This document shows, in pieces, positions 45,266 to 59,216 of a DNA stretch of 64,000 nt. The stretch lies in contig OZ024749.1 in assembly GCA_964016885.1 (NCBI GenBank), forward strand, positions 49,910,001 to 49,974,000, in the 5' to 3' direction. Below the pieces are notes generated by a model. It made no database searches and was not told where the DNA came from. It saw only the letters and a program-made list of their open reading frames with translations. How positions within the stretch are numbered: position 1 is the first letter of the stretch; every line of letters starts with the position of its first letter. The position numbers and the translations under genes are program-made. The DNA comes from Eledone cirrhosa (Eukaryota).

Positions 45266-46397
45266 GATGGGGAGTGTATGTGTGTGTGTGTGTGTGCAGC
45301 AAAAAAAATCACTTATCACACAAGATATTTTCCAAAATATAGACCACTCTAGGAAGACGTTTATAACATCGTATTATAAAATAGGGTAATGTTATTATAC
45401 CATATATTTAACCTAGTTTACGGATATATACTTGAAAGATAAACAATTGGAAATGGACAATGCGTTCATAATCTCTGTTTCATTCTCCATGCATATAATA
45501 ATTTTGAACATTCCCCGAGATAGCAATCTACAGATAAGATGTTAAAGTATGTTTTATTACCAAATAACATTAACAGTCTAGTTGAATAAACAAAAGTTAC
45601 TATCTACTAGCCCTGCATATATGTCACTCGTTCGGTTGTCATTCAGGCTCCAGAAACAGGACATACTTGTTTATATATCTGAAGAAACCTCCAGGGTGAA
45701 GAATTTAACTAATACCTTATAATAATACGTACATTCTTTCTTATATAGGCACCTTCCCTAATAGAATATTACTGTTTATTAATCTATCTGTGCTTCATAG
45801 CTTCCTTCTTGTGAAACATTTAAATAAAATTGGTGATACAATTTCTTGGGAATTCAATAGCAAAAATTATTTGTATTATAACGGTGGAAATATCATTATA
45901 TATATATATATTGGAAAATGTGTGAGATGCTTGGTACAGTTAGGTATATTTGGAAAAAGGAAAATATTAGGGAAGAATGATATCACTATGTGTGTTTATA
46001 ATTAAAGTCATATTTGCCAGGTTGATGCATTATGCATGTAGTTTATGCAGATAAACGTTCTATAATTCACCTTAATTTCTATTAAATAGCATTGAGCAAA
46101 CTACGTAACACAACTAGCTGATATTATATAATGAACAGATTAATAGGCTTGAATTATGTGGATTTCGTTAACCAAGTTGGCATGATTTCAAAGCTAAATA
46201 TCCAAGCATTGAATGAATTGATTTCAAATATCTTGATTTAGTCAGTTTATTTTAAATCTCTCTATTGCCTGACAGTTGATTAACCCCCATAGTTTGTTTT
46301 ATTAAATTGTGATTGTGGTTGAACCATTCCTGTTGCATTCGTCAGATCTAGCTTTCGAAAAACTAAATTCCGATTAAATATATAGATTTATAATAAC

Positions 46398-46500
46398 TGT
46401 TTCTACTTTAGGTACAAACGGTATTTGAACTCAGACCATAAAAGGCCGTAACTCTTTGCTGCAAAGTATGGCGTCCGACCCTCTACCGATACGGCCAATA
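46398..46500 (-). mobile_element. SINE family A, internally deleted
   Basis: The 3' end (tgtttctactttaggtacaa) is joined directly to the B-box/head region. Confidence 0.8.
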
Positions 46501-46808
46501 ATAACAATATATTGTTAGATGAAATAAAGAGACACTTCTTTTACATCAGATTCATAGAGATGAATGATTTACCCTCCCAGATATAATGTGGGACATTGTT
46601 ATCATTGTTATCTAGCTGAAAGCCGAGAAACGTACATCAATATTAGTGTATATTTTAGTCGAAAGGGAATGACAACATCAACAAATTATTTTCAGTGCAA
46701 CACTCCTTATGGAAACTAATTGTTTCCCAATTCAATGTATCTATTTTGCTAGCGATGGATATCAAGCCTACACCATGGTCACGTAATTATACTAGCCAAA
46801 TGTAAGAA

Positions 46809-46870
<62 letters not shown>

Positions 46871-46872
<2 letters not shown>

Positions 46873-47362
46873 CAAAGAAGGTGTGGCAAGACACCAGCTG
46901 GACCATAGACTACCAGAGCACTCGATAATTTGGGTAGAAAGTGGGTAATAGGAAAAGTATCACGACCCCGACGGCTGAGCCCCGGAACTTTAGATAGCTA
47001 GATCCGAACTAAACGAGTAGTATTAGGATGGCGGGAATCTAACTGAACATATCAAGGGGTACAGTCCATATATGGGCTTCAGTCAAAACAAAAAACGCAG
47101 AAATATCAAAGCAAATAATCCTAAACATGTTTTGTTTTTTCTTTCTGTCAGGGGGAATGGTCAATGTAATCTGACCAATGTCTTCTGTTTCTACTCTATG
47201 TCAAGTCAGTCAGTCATATTGATGTCCTCCCCACAGACCCGGCGGACATAATCGAGAAGGCGCTTCCCCGATGGACGGCAAGAGAGACACGCTGGAATAG
47301 CTATTCCAACTCGCGAGGATCACAACTGCGGCTGGCCAGTTCAGCACCTATGGTGGTGATAT
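46871..47362 (-). mobile_element. CRE-like non-LTR retrotransposon ORF end plus a ~340-bp 3' region homologous to fold-back family F, ending in (TA)n
   Basis: Reverse complement of 47360-47214 reads ITTIGAELASRSCDPRELE*LFQRVSLAVHRGSAFSIM, the CRE-type post-endonuclease motif LFQRLS.A.QRGNA. 46871-47015 aligns with 49420-49560. Confidence 0.7.
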
Positions 47363-48073
47363 ACGTGTGACTATATGGGAATATTTTATCCGTATAAGCT
47401 TAATTTCATTCACTCACAGCATATTACATTCATTTATAGGTTATATATGGCAATATGCGACCATTTTCAACTTTTCAGTTTCTAATTCGATTAAACATGT
47501 ATTTCATATCTTCCATGTGTTATATATTGAATTTCAATATATACGACATTCTTAGTGTCAGAAGCCCTGTTGTTCTTCTGTATCATTTTTCATTAGATAT
47601 TTCAATTTTAATTGAAACGTTGCTTCTAGGAGCTTCAGTAGTGTTTCTCATAAGGTTAATTCGGTTTTAATGCCACAGACACTGAAGTTATGTTCTCATA
47701 ATTCATGGCAATATTTTATTTCACTGAATATTTTAGCCTGCCGAACATTTTTGTTTGCTGTTCTTATATTTTTTTCACATTTCATATTTAGATATACATG
47801 TATAAGTACTTATCCTTAACAATGAATATTAATGTAATTTCCATTACATTATACCTTCGGCGATATATTTAACAAGTTTTCCTAGTCACCTACTAACATT
47901 TACACCATTAATGATATTACTGCTATTTCAATCTATTTCCAAATGAATGTTTCTACTTATGTTTCCAGACAATAAACATTCTTCGCCTGCCCACTTCTCA
48001 TGCACACAAGCATACAACCAACACCGAAACGCACACGGTCACATGCATATATACACACACACACATATCACAC

Positions 48074-48109
<36 letters not shown>

Positions 48110-48225
48110 TGTGTGTGTGTCTGTGTGTGTGTGTGTATACTACAACTTTTGGACAATTAACCCTCAAAGTACATTTAAACTCGCTAAACAAACGGACATA
48201 TATATATATATATATAAATATATAT

Positions 48226-48483
48226 ATTAGAAAGTGACGTTTTTTTTACTAAATGAAAAATAACCGAGGTGTCCTACACGAGTGGAAGTATAAAGAAAAA
48301 GAGATGAAATCGAAAATGCAACTGAAGTCTTATTTTTTTTTTAAATATATATATTTATTTGGTTCCTTTACCGGTTTCGCAGTTCTTCTGCTTTTCAAAA
48401 GGTGAGTTGAGATGGAGGGTCTGTGGTTTTTCTCACAAACATATATATATATATGTGAGTTGAGATGGAGGGTCTGTGGTTTT

Positions 48484-48488
<5 letters not shown>
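48226..48488 (-). mobile_element. Family H1 copy with a duplicated 34-bp end
   Basis: Homologous to 29753-29960. gtgagttgagatggagggtctgtggtttttctca is repeated at about 48402 and 48455. Confidence 0.85.
48365..48402 (-). ncRNA. Minimal type I hammerhead ribozyme (U3-A8 covariant core)
   Basis: Reverse complement reads cctt TTGAAAA gcag aagaa ctgc GAAA ccgg TA aagg. All stems pair. Confidence 0.72.
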
Positions 48489-48531
<43 letters not shown>

Positions 48532-48670
48532 AGTGCATTACCTACGTTCGAGTATTGATCATTCTATCATTCCGTTGTTAACATTTCCGATTATACCATA
48601 TGAGGGTCAATAACACCATGATCTCTCAGAATGCAATGCATATCGAAAATGATGTACCCCTACATACATG

Positions 48671-48724
<54 letters not shown>

Positions 48725-49144
48725 TGTAATAAACAACATAAGATAATTATTCAATTTACCAATGGTTTCTTGAAATCAGATATCATATCTGTTTTCAGTC
48801 GTCAGAATGAATAAAAAACATGGTGTTTTTATTAAATATGGATGTGAAAAACATATATATATATATGTGTGTGAGTGTGTGCCTATGTGTGTGTATGTGT
48901 ATGCGTGTGTGTGTGTGTGTGTGTGTATGTATGTGGGCACGCATGTTTGAATGCATGAATGTATGTATGTATAGATGTAAGTAAATACATATATATATAT
49001 ATATGTATGTAATATTGTTTTGAATACATTCCAGCTTGAATTATTGGTAGCGAGGCTACAATTATGTTCATTTACAGGAATGTTTCATGTTTAATACAGT
49101 GCCAGTTGCGCACACAACACACACATGCAAATATATATGTATAT

Positions 49145-49410
49145 ATATGGCTTCTGAGGATACGTTTGTTGTTTAGCGACACCTCAGTATGATTCTAGTT
49201 CCTCAGTGAAATAACAACCCAACCAGGAACTGGGCATATCGGAGTATTGACGAAGTTAAACACCTCAACAACATGTGTATCCGTCTCTACCACACCAATT
49301 CGGACTGCCTGAAGAGGTCACAGCCAAAGATGGCTGTCACCGAAATATATATAGCAGTAATAAACGAAGCCATATTTTAAATATTTGATTTATTTATTTT
49401 ATTTTATGTA
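49145..49410 (+). mobile_element. Short (TA)n-flanked hammerhead-bearing element
   Basis: Contains a canonical hammerhead. The 10-bp segment atatggcttc at the left end is inverted relative to gaagccatat at 49366-49375. Confidence 0.7.
49304..49358 (+). ncRNA. Type I hammerhead ribozyme, canonical core
   Basis: actgc CTGAAGA ggtcacagcca aaga tggctgtcacc GAAA tatata TA gcagt. Stem I is 5 bp, stem II is 11 bp with one mismatch, stem III is minimal and palindromic, and the triplet is AUA. Confidence 0.85.
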
Positions 49411-49419
49411 TATATATAT

Positions 49420-49639
49420 AACGAAGGAAATGTGGTAAGGAACCAGGTGGACCATAATGCACCAAAGTACTCAATACTTAGGGTAGTAGAGTGGGTAATA
49501 GGAACGAGTAGGACCCCGACGGATGAGCTCAAGCCGTTTCGACGGCTAATTCTGGACTAAAAAAAAAAATGAATTTTTATTTTAGTCCCGAATTAGCCGT
49601 CGAAACGGCTTGAGCTCAGCCGTCGGGGTCCTACTCGTT

Positions 49640-49644
<5 letters not shown>
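49420..49644 (-). mobile_element. Fold-back family F copy
   Basis: Inverted repeat at 49498-49644, with the same breakpoints as 39322-39525. Confidence 0.85.
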
Positions 49645-49703
<59 letters not shown>

Positions 49704-50508
49704 TAGGGGGAGAGAGAGTGAGAAAGAGTGAGAGAGAGTGAGAAAGAAAGTGAGAGAGGTTTAGAAAGAAATATATTTATATGTATATCTATATATGTGT
49801 GTGTATGTGAAAATGAGTACGCGTGTGCGGGACTATCTATTCATGTTTATATGCATACATAATTAATGTGACCTTAGGAAAAGGTCGATCAAATATATCT
49901 TGCAAACTTTCATTGTTTAAAACTAGTTTTATTTAATTGCTGCAATTTTCTTTGCTACGGTACGAATAAGAATAGCTGCTGTGTAACTTCAGCTTTCAAC
50001 TAAATTACATTATATAAAATCGTAACTATTGTTAAGTTGAAACTATAGAAGGAATTGGAGGCATCTCATTCACTACGCTTCATTGAACGCAAGTAAATAC
50101 CGTTGGTGTAATTGCAAACAGAAGCGGCTGACACCCATAAATTCCTATTTGTCGTTAGATAATTTCCAAATTTGCATATTTTTATTTCCATCAATGTTGT
50201 AATAATTGATGCCGCTTCTGTTTTATTTTTATTGTTCAAGTGTTTGTTATTGCTACTATTGTTGTTGTAGTAGTTGTTGTTTGTATTCATCATTTTATTA
50301 TGTGGCTATTATTGTCAACGTTTAGAATTTTTGAAATGTTTATGCCTGTGTTTAAGAAGGTATATTTCCAGAAAAACGTTCAGATTCCATGAAGAAAGCC
50401 AGCACTTACTTTTATATTATCATGAGGCAATTACTATGAGAATAACTGTTAATAAATATCTTTTAATATAAGCAGAGCAAAACATTGGAAATCTAACGAA
50501 CATAACAG

Positions 50509-50835
<327 letters not shown>

Positions 50836-50958
50836 CACATAGAACTGAGCAAGAAATGGAATAGAAACACTGGGGAAACAAATGGTCATTGAGAAGATCA
50901 GAGTATATGTGACGAAAGACATTCGCGAACTGACTAATGACGTATCATTAATATAAAG

Positions 50959-51073
50959 TGAGTTCAAATCCCGCCGAGGTTGACTCTGCCTTTCATCCTT
51001 ACGGGGTCGATAAAATAAAGTACCAGTAATGCACTGGGTAATTGCTGGCCTTGTGCCTAAAGTAGAAACAATC
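50959..51073 (+). mobile_element. SINE family A, 5'-truncated at the B box, with TSD
   Basis: Direct repeat aatataaagtga at 50950-50961 and 51074-51085. Confidence 0.9.
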
Positions 51074-51129
51074 AATATAAAGTGAAAATTATATAGTGCT
51101 TTTTTTTTAGTGGCAATATTGGTAAAATA

Positions 51130-51496
<367 letters not shown>

Positions 51497-52094
51497 ACCT
51501 TCGATAAATCGAATCAACTTTCATTTTCAGTTGTAGGTAAACACATAATGTTTATATATTTATTGTATCTCTATTATAAATCCGATCATATTTTTGTTCA
51601 TTTATTTTCTGTGTGTCGTTATTGCCTCACTTAATTTCCGATTTATTGTAGATACCTAAGAACATATAGGGTGATTATATAAATTGTTGTTTTGTTTTTC
51701 TGTGTGTTTATTTTTGTTCCGTTTAATTCTCTCTCCAATACTTATTTAATTTACATACAATATACTCTTTCATATCTGTCTTATAATTTTGGAACATTGG
51801 TATTTATTAATATATTTCCAATAATTGATATTTTCATATAGTTCTCTGAATTTCTGTAGTTGATTTTTTTTATGTACCTCGAAAATGATGTTTTTTTTTT
51901 CTTTTTCATTTAATAATGGAATGTATTTTGCTTTCGGTTTTCTCATGGATGTTATAGGTATCTTTTGCAGAGTTCATGGTAAATGTTGGTAGTATTATCA
52001 GGATAATTAGAGCAATGGCAAAAATACTTTGCAGATATACTTCTTTATAATATGGGTTCGAACTCCACATAATCAACATTCCTTTATACATACT

Positions 52095-52345
52095 TGGATG
52101 ACATATTATAGAAATACGAAGTAAGATATCCGATACAAAGATATACCTCTGTGCAGCACATGTTTTACTTTAGTCTTAATTATAAGTTTACTAATGAAAT
52201 GGAAACATTGTATATAACGGTGGATGATATATTATAGAAATATGAAGTCAGATATTCGATACACTGCTATACCTCTATGCAGCACGTTTCATTTTGTGTC
52301 CTAATTATAATTTTATTAATGAAATGGAAACCTTGTATATAACCG
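52095..52345. repeat. Diverged tandem duplication, ~126-bp unit x2
   Basis: tggatga.atattatagaaata.gaagt...gaaatggaaac.ttgtatataac occurs at 52095 and 52221. Confidence 0.9.
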
Positions 52346-53073
52346 TAACGTAGATTATTTATTTTATAAATGTATAATCGTCAAATCGTCAATTACTAAC
52401 ATTACATTGATTATTCACCAGTATCTATTTCTAGATTTTCTTTTCAGTATTCTCTTTTGAGTATAATTTATTTGATGTATAACTAAATATGTGCATGGGG
52501 TTCTATATTTAAATAGACAAGTTCTATGCTTGTATATAAATTATTCATCTCAGCTTTAGTTACTTTTTCTCTCTGTATCATATAATGACAGACTCTCTAT
52601 TCTGTTTTGGCTTAATTCATGAATAATATTTATACTTTTGAATAAATGTATATTGACTGTTGTAAATATTATAATTTTATTGATATTCAGACTACTGTTT
52701 ATAGGTTTCTGTTATAACCGTAACAGAGGACGTAGCAATGTTTTTATGGCTAACAAAAGCACAGAAAGAGCAAGGATTCTCTTTGGAAAATAAGTCATCG
52801 TATGACTTTGTCTTTGCCTTGTGGTGATATGGTTGATATATATTGTTTTATATTTTAGCATAAGAATGTATGTATCCAGTTAGAAGGTATGTCAATTTCC
52901 TTCCTTTCTCTTGGCCCAACATATTAAAAGAGTTATATGGACGTGGTTGTGTGGTGCGATGTGATCTTCAGAATTGATTTTAGCTGGCGCAGCTATTCCT
53001 TTCCCCGGGTCTTCTAAACTGCCTATTTCGGATAGAGAAGGAGAGCAATGTAGATAATCACAGAGAGAGAGAC

Positions 53074-53201
<128 letters not shown>

Positions 53202-53479
53202 TTCTGGGGAGAAGGATAATTCTGGAGAGGTGATGGGAAAGACAGAATCTACCTCCACCGAAAATATATTCTTTTGCTCTCTCCTCGAAATTATAAAAGA
53301 CTTATTACAACCCGATGTAATTTGAACTCAGGCCATTGAGGATCGGGAAAATACAGTAAACTATCCTTTCTCACGTTCTACCGAAACTGATGATAAAACT
53401 ACTCTTTATATATTTATGCTTGGGTTGTTTATTCTAAATGCCGTCATTTATCTTTCATTTTTCTATCTCACGCTGTTAG

Positions 53480-53890
53480 TTACTGTAGTGTCCAATAGAG
53501 AAACTAGCTTGTTAATTGAATCGCTAGAGTATTGATGCCTATTGTTTAATTCTGTCCATTTCGTTTTGGCTTAAACAGTAATCTAATCTGTCTATAATAT
53601 TCCTTTCTGATCCTTTATTGTATGTATGACGAACCCTGTCTCATTTATTGATTCCTCTATAAATCTATGCCTCAGATTGATCCAATTCTTTTGTCTCGGT
53701 TTCTTTATTTAGCGGGATATTACAAGTTTCTGTTTCTAGTTTTCCTCTCTTCTGTGTTGCTTTAACCTTTATTTCTTGTCTTTTTATTTTGGGAATGTTA
53801 TAATTTCTGTGGCATTGTTTCAAATTGTCTCTCGGCTGCAGCGTACAGCGTTAGGTCGTCCATGTACAAGAGATTGTTCGTTTTCTGTCT
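53480..53890 (-). mobile_element. Decayed R4/Dong-like non-LTR RT fragment
   Basis: Reverse complement reads NNLLYMDDLTLYAAAERQFE (YMDD at 53855-53866), then ELDQSEA*IYRGI and KEYYRQIRLL..IGINTLAI across frameshifts. Confidence 0.7.
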
Positions 53891-56341
53891 GCCCCACTGT
53901 CCTTCATTTTTATAGTAATTCTCGTTACCACTAAATGTCATCAACCTTCATTATTTCAGCCAAAATTATGCTCTAAAGTTATCAATCTTCTCTAACAGAT
54001 CTGGCGGATAATCGTTATTTTTCACTGGCCTCTGTAGCATGTGCAACGTAATATTAGCAATATCCTGATAATATACTTTTTTTAAATTGTGTTAAGACAT
54101 ATTAAGTGATATAGCAGCAGCGGTAAATCTTTTGTTCCGTATCTTGTAAAATTGTAAAATGGAAAAAAATATAAATAATATAAGTTATTCTTCGAAACAA
54201 AAACGTTGTCCGCAGCTGTGCGTGTTGCTGTTGAAAATATCAATAATATTAGAGTTCATCTCAGTAAAAGATGACAAGTTGGAACTTCTGCAACAACAAA
54301 AGCTAGAGCACAAAACACAAAACAAGTACAATAATGAATCCAGTAACACTATCAGAATCCATAACAACATGCAAAGACAAAATAGAAGACACAAATTCCA
54401 TCGTATATGAATGATAAGAATAAACAAAAACTGCACGAAAACCAGTTGAATTTTGAATAGGTTGGACAACATTTGTGCATCACGTAAATGCACCATCACA
54501 TAACACTATCTCTAACAAAACATAGATCACGAACATCACTGTGGCTCCTACAATGGCAGTCTCTAATATTCAATAGACCTGAAATGCATCATTGTTTGAG
54601 ATTTGTTTTTACAATGTGGGAATATGCGAAGGCAGGCAATGATCAACAACGCTCAAGTATGAGAAGCCAGATGAAAAGGAAATATATGAAGGAGAACTGA
54701 AGCTGTTTATTCGGTATTTATATACTAAATTTACGGTCATCACGGCCTGGGGTTGAAAACCATTCCAAGAGTACATCTTAGGGCTAATCTATATTTAACG
54801 AGAGTGTGAACCTGGATTGATATTTTGTGGTTGTAGGTATTTAACTGAAAGAACATTTAAACATATTTTGCAAATCGACTCAGATTGTTCAAATATGGTT
54901 TGTAGTTCATAGTACAGAGGTATATATTGAATTCACCAGTACACTATTTCCTTCAGCATGTTCAATACACGAGTTAAATTGTTTAATATTTCATTATTGC
55001 AAATATGCTATTTTTTTTCATTCGAGGTTTAAATCAAGCATAGACAATAGGAATTGTTTGGAAAATGGACATTTTTTTTCTTTAAATAGCGGGCAGGGAT
55101 TTTACAGGTCATAGAATGTTTTTTAAACGATCAACGTTTACTAAGTTTAGCTTTTTCCCTGTTACATTGTGTTTACCGTGGCGTTGTTAATTGGGTGATC
55201 GGAAATATAATTGTAGAAATCTAGGCTTGTCTTTTCACTACTTTCAGTCATATTGGGCTCTATTGAATTGTTTATTGTAATATACATAATGTTATTCTAG
55301 CACTGGTTCAATCTATTTGAACGTCCTTATGTGAACATATTTACTATACTTCCCCATACCAACCTGGTATTCGTGTCATCGATCATTATCCACTGAATTG
55401 AATAGATACGCCAAGCATTCATATACATTTAAGCTGCATTATAGTATACATTGGCAAACATTAACATAGACTTACATGTTGATATTCGCATGGACGTAAA
55501 TATATATGTGTACCTGATACTTACAAAGTTATTAAGAGGTCCCTTGCTAATGGATATGAAATCCGTAATATTACAGGACTAACAAATATTACAAATATAA
55601 GCACATTATCTCGTTCAACGTTTTGACTTTTTCCTCAATTCTTCCTTTTCTCAGCATCTACGAGAAAAGAAAACCAGTACAGATAGTATGGCATTGTGCT
55701 TAACACATACAGATAATTCGCCAGCTACGAAGACTCCTATTCTAACTCTCTGCTGACAATACTACCGATGAAATACTGATGAATGAACACAGTTTTTTTT
55801 ATCTTACTTTCAAGATACAACTTATGTTAAAATAGATTATGTCTGACATTTAGATAAGACTCTGAAATACTGAATACAAAGAAAAATGTAGAGGGATTAA
55901 AAGATTCAAATGAAATTAATTCCTATATTTACGAAGTATGTAAACATAGCGGCAAATAATGTATACAAAGATCACGGATCTAAAATAATTAATGAATATA
56001 ATACATTCGTTATGAAACAAAAACCAAGGAAGGAAAGCACAACAATTCATTTCACTTCTATCTATATATCTATCTATTTATATTAATCTAGTTAGACGGA
56101 TTCGATATATCTACCTACCTAAGGATGACAACTACATTTAACAAACTACAGTCCGCCGCTCTATCAAGTGAACTATCGCGGGTCATACTACTTACCACTG
56201 TAATTAACATTGAAGATATGATTTAGGAAAGTGTGAATGAAATTTGAGTTCATGAGTTCAATTCAACCTTAATTAAGAATATATGTGCCTAACATGTATT
56301 TATTTTACACAGAGATTATAGAAATTCATTATTTAATAAGT

Positions 56342-56716
56342 GGGCGGTGGATTGGCAGTATCGGTGGAAAGTCGGACGCCGTGCTTTCCAGCATAGTTAC
56401 GTCCCTTTACGATCTGAGTTCAAATCCCGCCGAGGTTGACTTTGCCTTTCATCCTTACGGGATCGATAAAATAAAGTACCAGTAATGCACTGGGTAATTG
56501 CTGGCCTTGTGCCTAAAGTAGAAAAAAGTATGGGCGGTGGATTGGCAGTATCGGTAGAGGGTCGGACGCCATGCTTTCCAGCATAGTTACGTCTCTTTAC
56601 GATCTGAGTTCAAATCCCGCCGAGGTTGACTTTGCCTTTCACCCTTACGAGGTCGATAAAATAAAGTGCCAGTAATGTACTGGGCAATTGCTGGCCTTGT
56701 GCCTAAAGTAGAAACA
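56342..56716 (+). mobile_element. Head-to-tail dimer of full-length SINE family A inside one TSD
   Basis: Copies start at 56342 and 56532. TSD attatttaataagt at 56328-56341 and 56717-56730. Confidence 0.93.
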
Positions 56717-57355
56717 ATTATTTAATAAGTTTTCTTTTTCTTTCAAGGGTATATGTAGTAATATATGGTTTTCTCATTTAAGGGTAGTAATAATAGGGTG
56801 ATTTATGAGATATTTGTATGAGAGTATTCGTCGTGGACTTATAAAGTCAAAGTATGATAAGCTTAAAGTTGGTTAAAGCATTGGGCAAATAGCGTTATGG
56901 TACTATTTCTGCACGTGCCTTTGTTCTGGTTTCCTGCTGATAATGATAAGTATGAATATATAATTGTAGTGGCTGTAGATGTTCCTGGTACATCCTATAT
57001 TTATTAAAGAGAAGAAATGAATCTACGGTTGACTAGAACCTACAGAATACAATGAGCAATATCAAATCCAAAAATCTGCTACAGGCTAAATACGAACACA
57101 TAGTGATTATTGCACAAATTATGCACGATGCTGTTACACATTTAATGTGTTTCCCTACCACTTGCCCATACGACATGCGTTATTCGTTGTTACCAAATGT
57201 TGGTCATATACAGGTACGAGCTGAATTAACATCTGCAACAACAACAGAAAAGGCTTCGATCCCTGGACCTCATTTCGCAGTTTATCACATCAAGGTCCTT
57301 GAAATTTCAATTAGAATGTGCCTTTTTTCTCGTGTCATTAATTGTTATTCATATG

Positions 57356-57434
<79 letters not shown>

Positions 57435-57451
57435 GTACATGTATATATATA

Positions 57452-57960
57452 TAGTTAGAGAAGCAAAAAACTGCGTATTGTGATCCAGTTCTTGGTTAAG
57501 AAACCAGTTTCATAGATGGTTTCAACGTACGGTTAAGGGTAACTCCCCAAGTCTGTAAGAATTCCGTTCAATGTTGGAGTATAAAGTATAAAAGAGAAAA
57601 CACAGGTAAGCATTAAGAGAAGGATTTTATCCTGGTATTTACGACCGTTTCATTGGTAAGTGCAACCTTATATTGCTATACTGCAAATATCAGCTACTCA
57701 ATTATAATTGTTGTTCACGATCCAAATTTTCAAAATAGTGAGTAAGTAACTCTGGAAATAATTATTAATATATGGAGAAAAATATTTATTTGGAATTGTA
57801 TTTACTAGTATATATAGAGAGGAATCAGAAGGTGAGGGGACAAACGGAATAGTATAGAGAGAGAGAGGAAGGGGGAAGAGGTAGGAAGTAGAGTGACAAA
57901 CTGAGATGGAGGGGGGTAGAGGTGGAAGGATTCCTTGGTGAGTTTTTATAGCAGACTTAA
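57452..57960 (-). mobile_element. Probable Penelope-like 3' terminal fragment abutting (TA)n
   Basis: The reverse complement has the hammerhead 3' half GAAA-cggtcg-TA at about 57639-57651, but no intact CUGANGA half is seen. Confidence 0.4.
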
Positions 57961-58431
57961 TTAATTTTCTCGAGCGGCACCGCTATACGGTAGGTCCCTT
58001 AGCCGTCTTTGTCGCTGCCGGCGAAGACTCCGATCTTGCTGAACAAGATGTAATAACAAAAAATTCCAATTTCCGAATAACATAAAAAAAGTCGTGTACA
58101 CTTTTAATAGGCTTCAGTTAATGACATAACTTTTACAGACTTTTATTATTTAATTGCATTTGATTTCTTGTACAATCTTCTAAAATTATTACTGGTACAT
58201 TAATTCCAATACAATTACAGATACTATAGTCATGTGTCAAAAAACAACATATGACGCAATTATACTCTGTTTTGTTACAATGCAGCCTTCCAACTGCAAA
58301 CATTCTCTTCTTTTACATTACCGGTTTCGTTTAACAAATATTTACACTAACCTCCCTTTTTCTCTATATCTTGTTTTCACTATACATATTAATATCGCAT
58401 TGCATTCCCTTATATGTGTTTGTGTGTGTGT

Positions 58432-58491
<60 letters not shown>

Positions 58492-58756
58492 GGAAAAAAT
58501 GAAACGAAATTTCATTTCCTATTTTTAGTACGGCGGTTACTTAAATATAAGTATGTACAGGTACATACATATATGTATACAGACGTACAGTAGGATGTAT
58601 ATATATATACATACATGCACACATATATATATATATGTACGTATGGATTCACCGAATATTTATTATAATGCTCGGTGTGTTTGTAAACAAACATCCCGTA
58701 TTAAGCCGTAGTGTCTAGCAACCATCGTTGCTCGTTTGTTCAACACTGAGAAAGGA

Positions 58757-58799
58757 ACGCTGTACTAGTTTCAAGCTTATTAGCTATCGTCAGCAACGT
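58757..58799 (-). ncRNA. Type I hammerhead ribozyme
   Basis: Exact reverse complement of 58976-59018. Confidence 0.78.
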
Positions 58800-58975
58800 A
58801 TACCTTCCTGCCAGATTGTTGAACGTATATACTTACCTTATGCATATTAACGGCTGAGTAGCCCAATTTGCATATCGAGTGGGTTAAACACGATAAACGG
58901 AAAAAATGAAACGAAATTTCATTTCCTATTTTTAGTACGGCGGTTATTTAAATATGATTGTTGGCAGGAAGATAT

Positions 58976-59018
58976 ACGTTGCTGACGATAGCTAATAAGC
59001 TTGAAACTAGTACAGCGT
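58976..59018 (+). ncRNA. Type I hammerhead ribozyme
   Basis: acgttg CTGACGA t agct aata agct t GAAA ctag TA cagcgt. Stem I is 6 bp with one G-U pair, stem III is the palindrome CTAG, and the triplet is GUA. Confidence 0.78.
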
Positions 59019-59216
59019 TCCTTTGTTAGTGTTGAACAAACGAGCAACGATGGTTGTAGACACTACGGCTTAACACGGGATGTTTGTTTACAAACACACC
59101 GAGCATTATAATAAATGTTCGGTGAATCCATACGTACATATATATATGTGTGCATGTATGTATATATACATACTGCTGTAAGTCTGTATACATATATGTA
59201 TGTACGTGTACATACT

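Noticed and set aside
54160-54800. Possible decayed LINE AP-endonuclease region (NITVAPT-like)
   Set aside because: Motifs are too degenerate to support a call.
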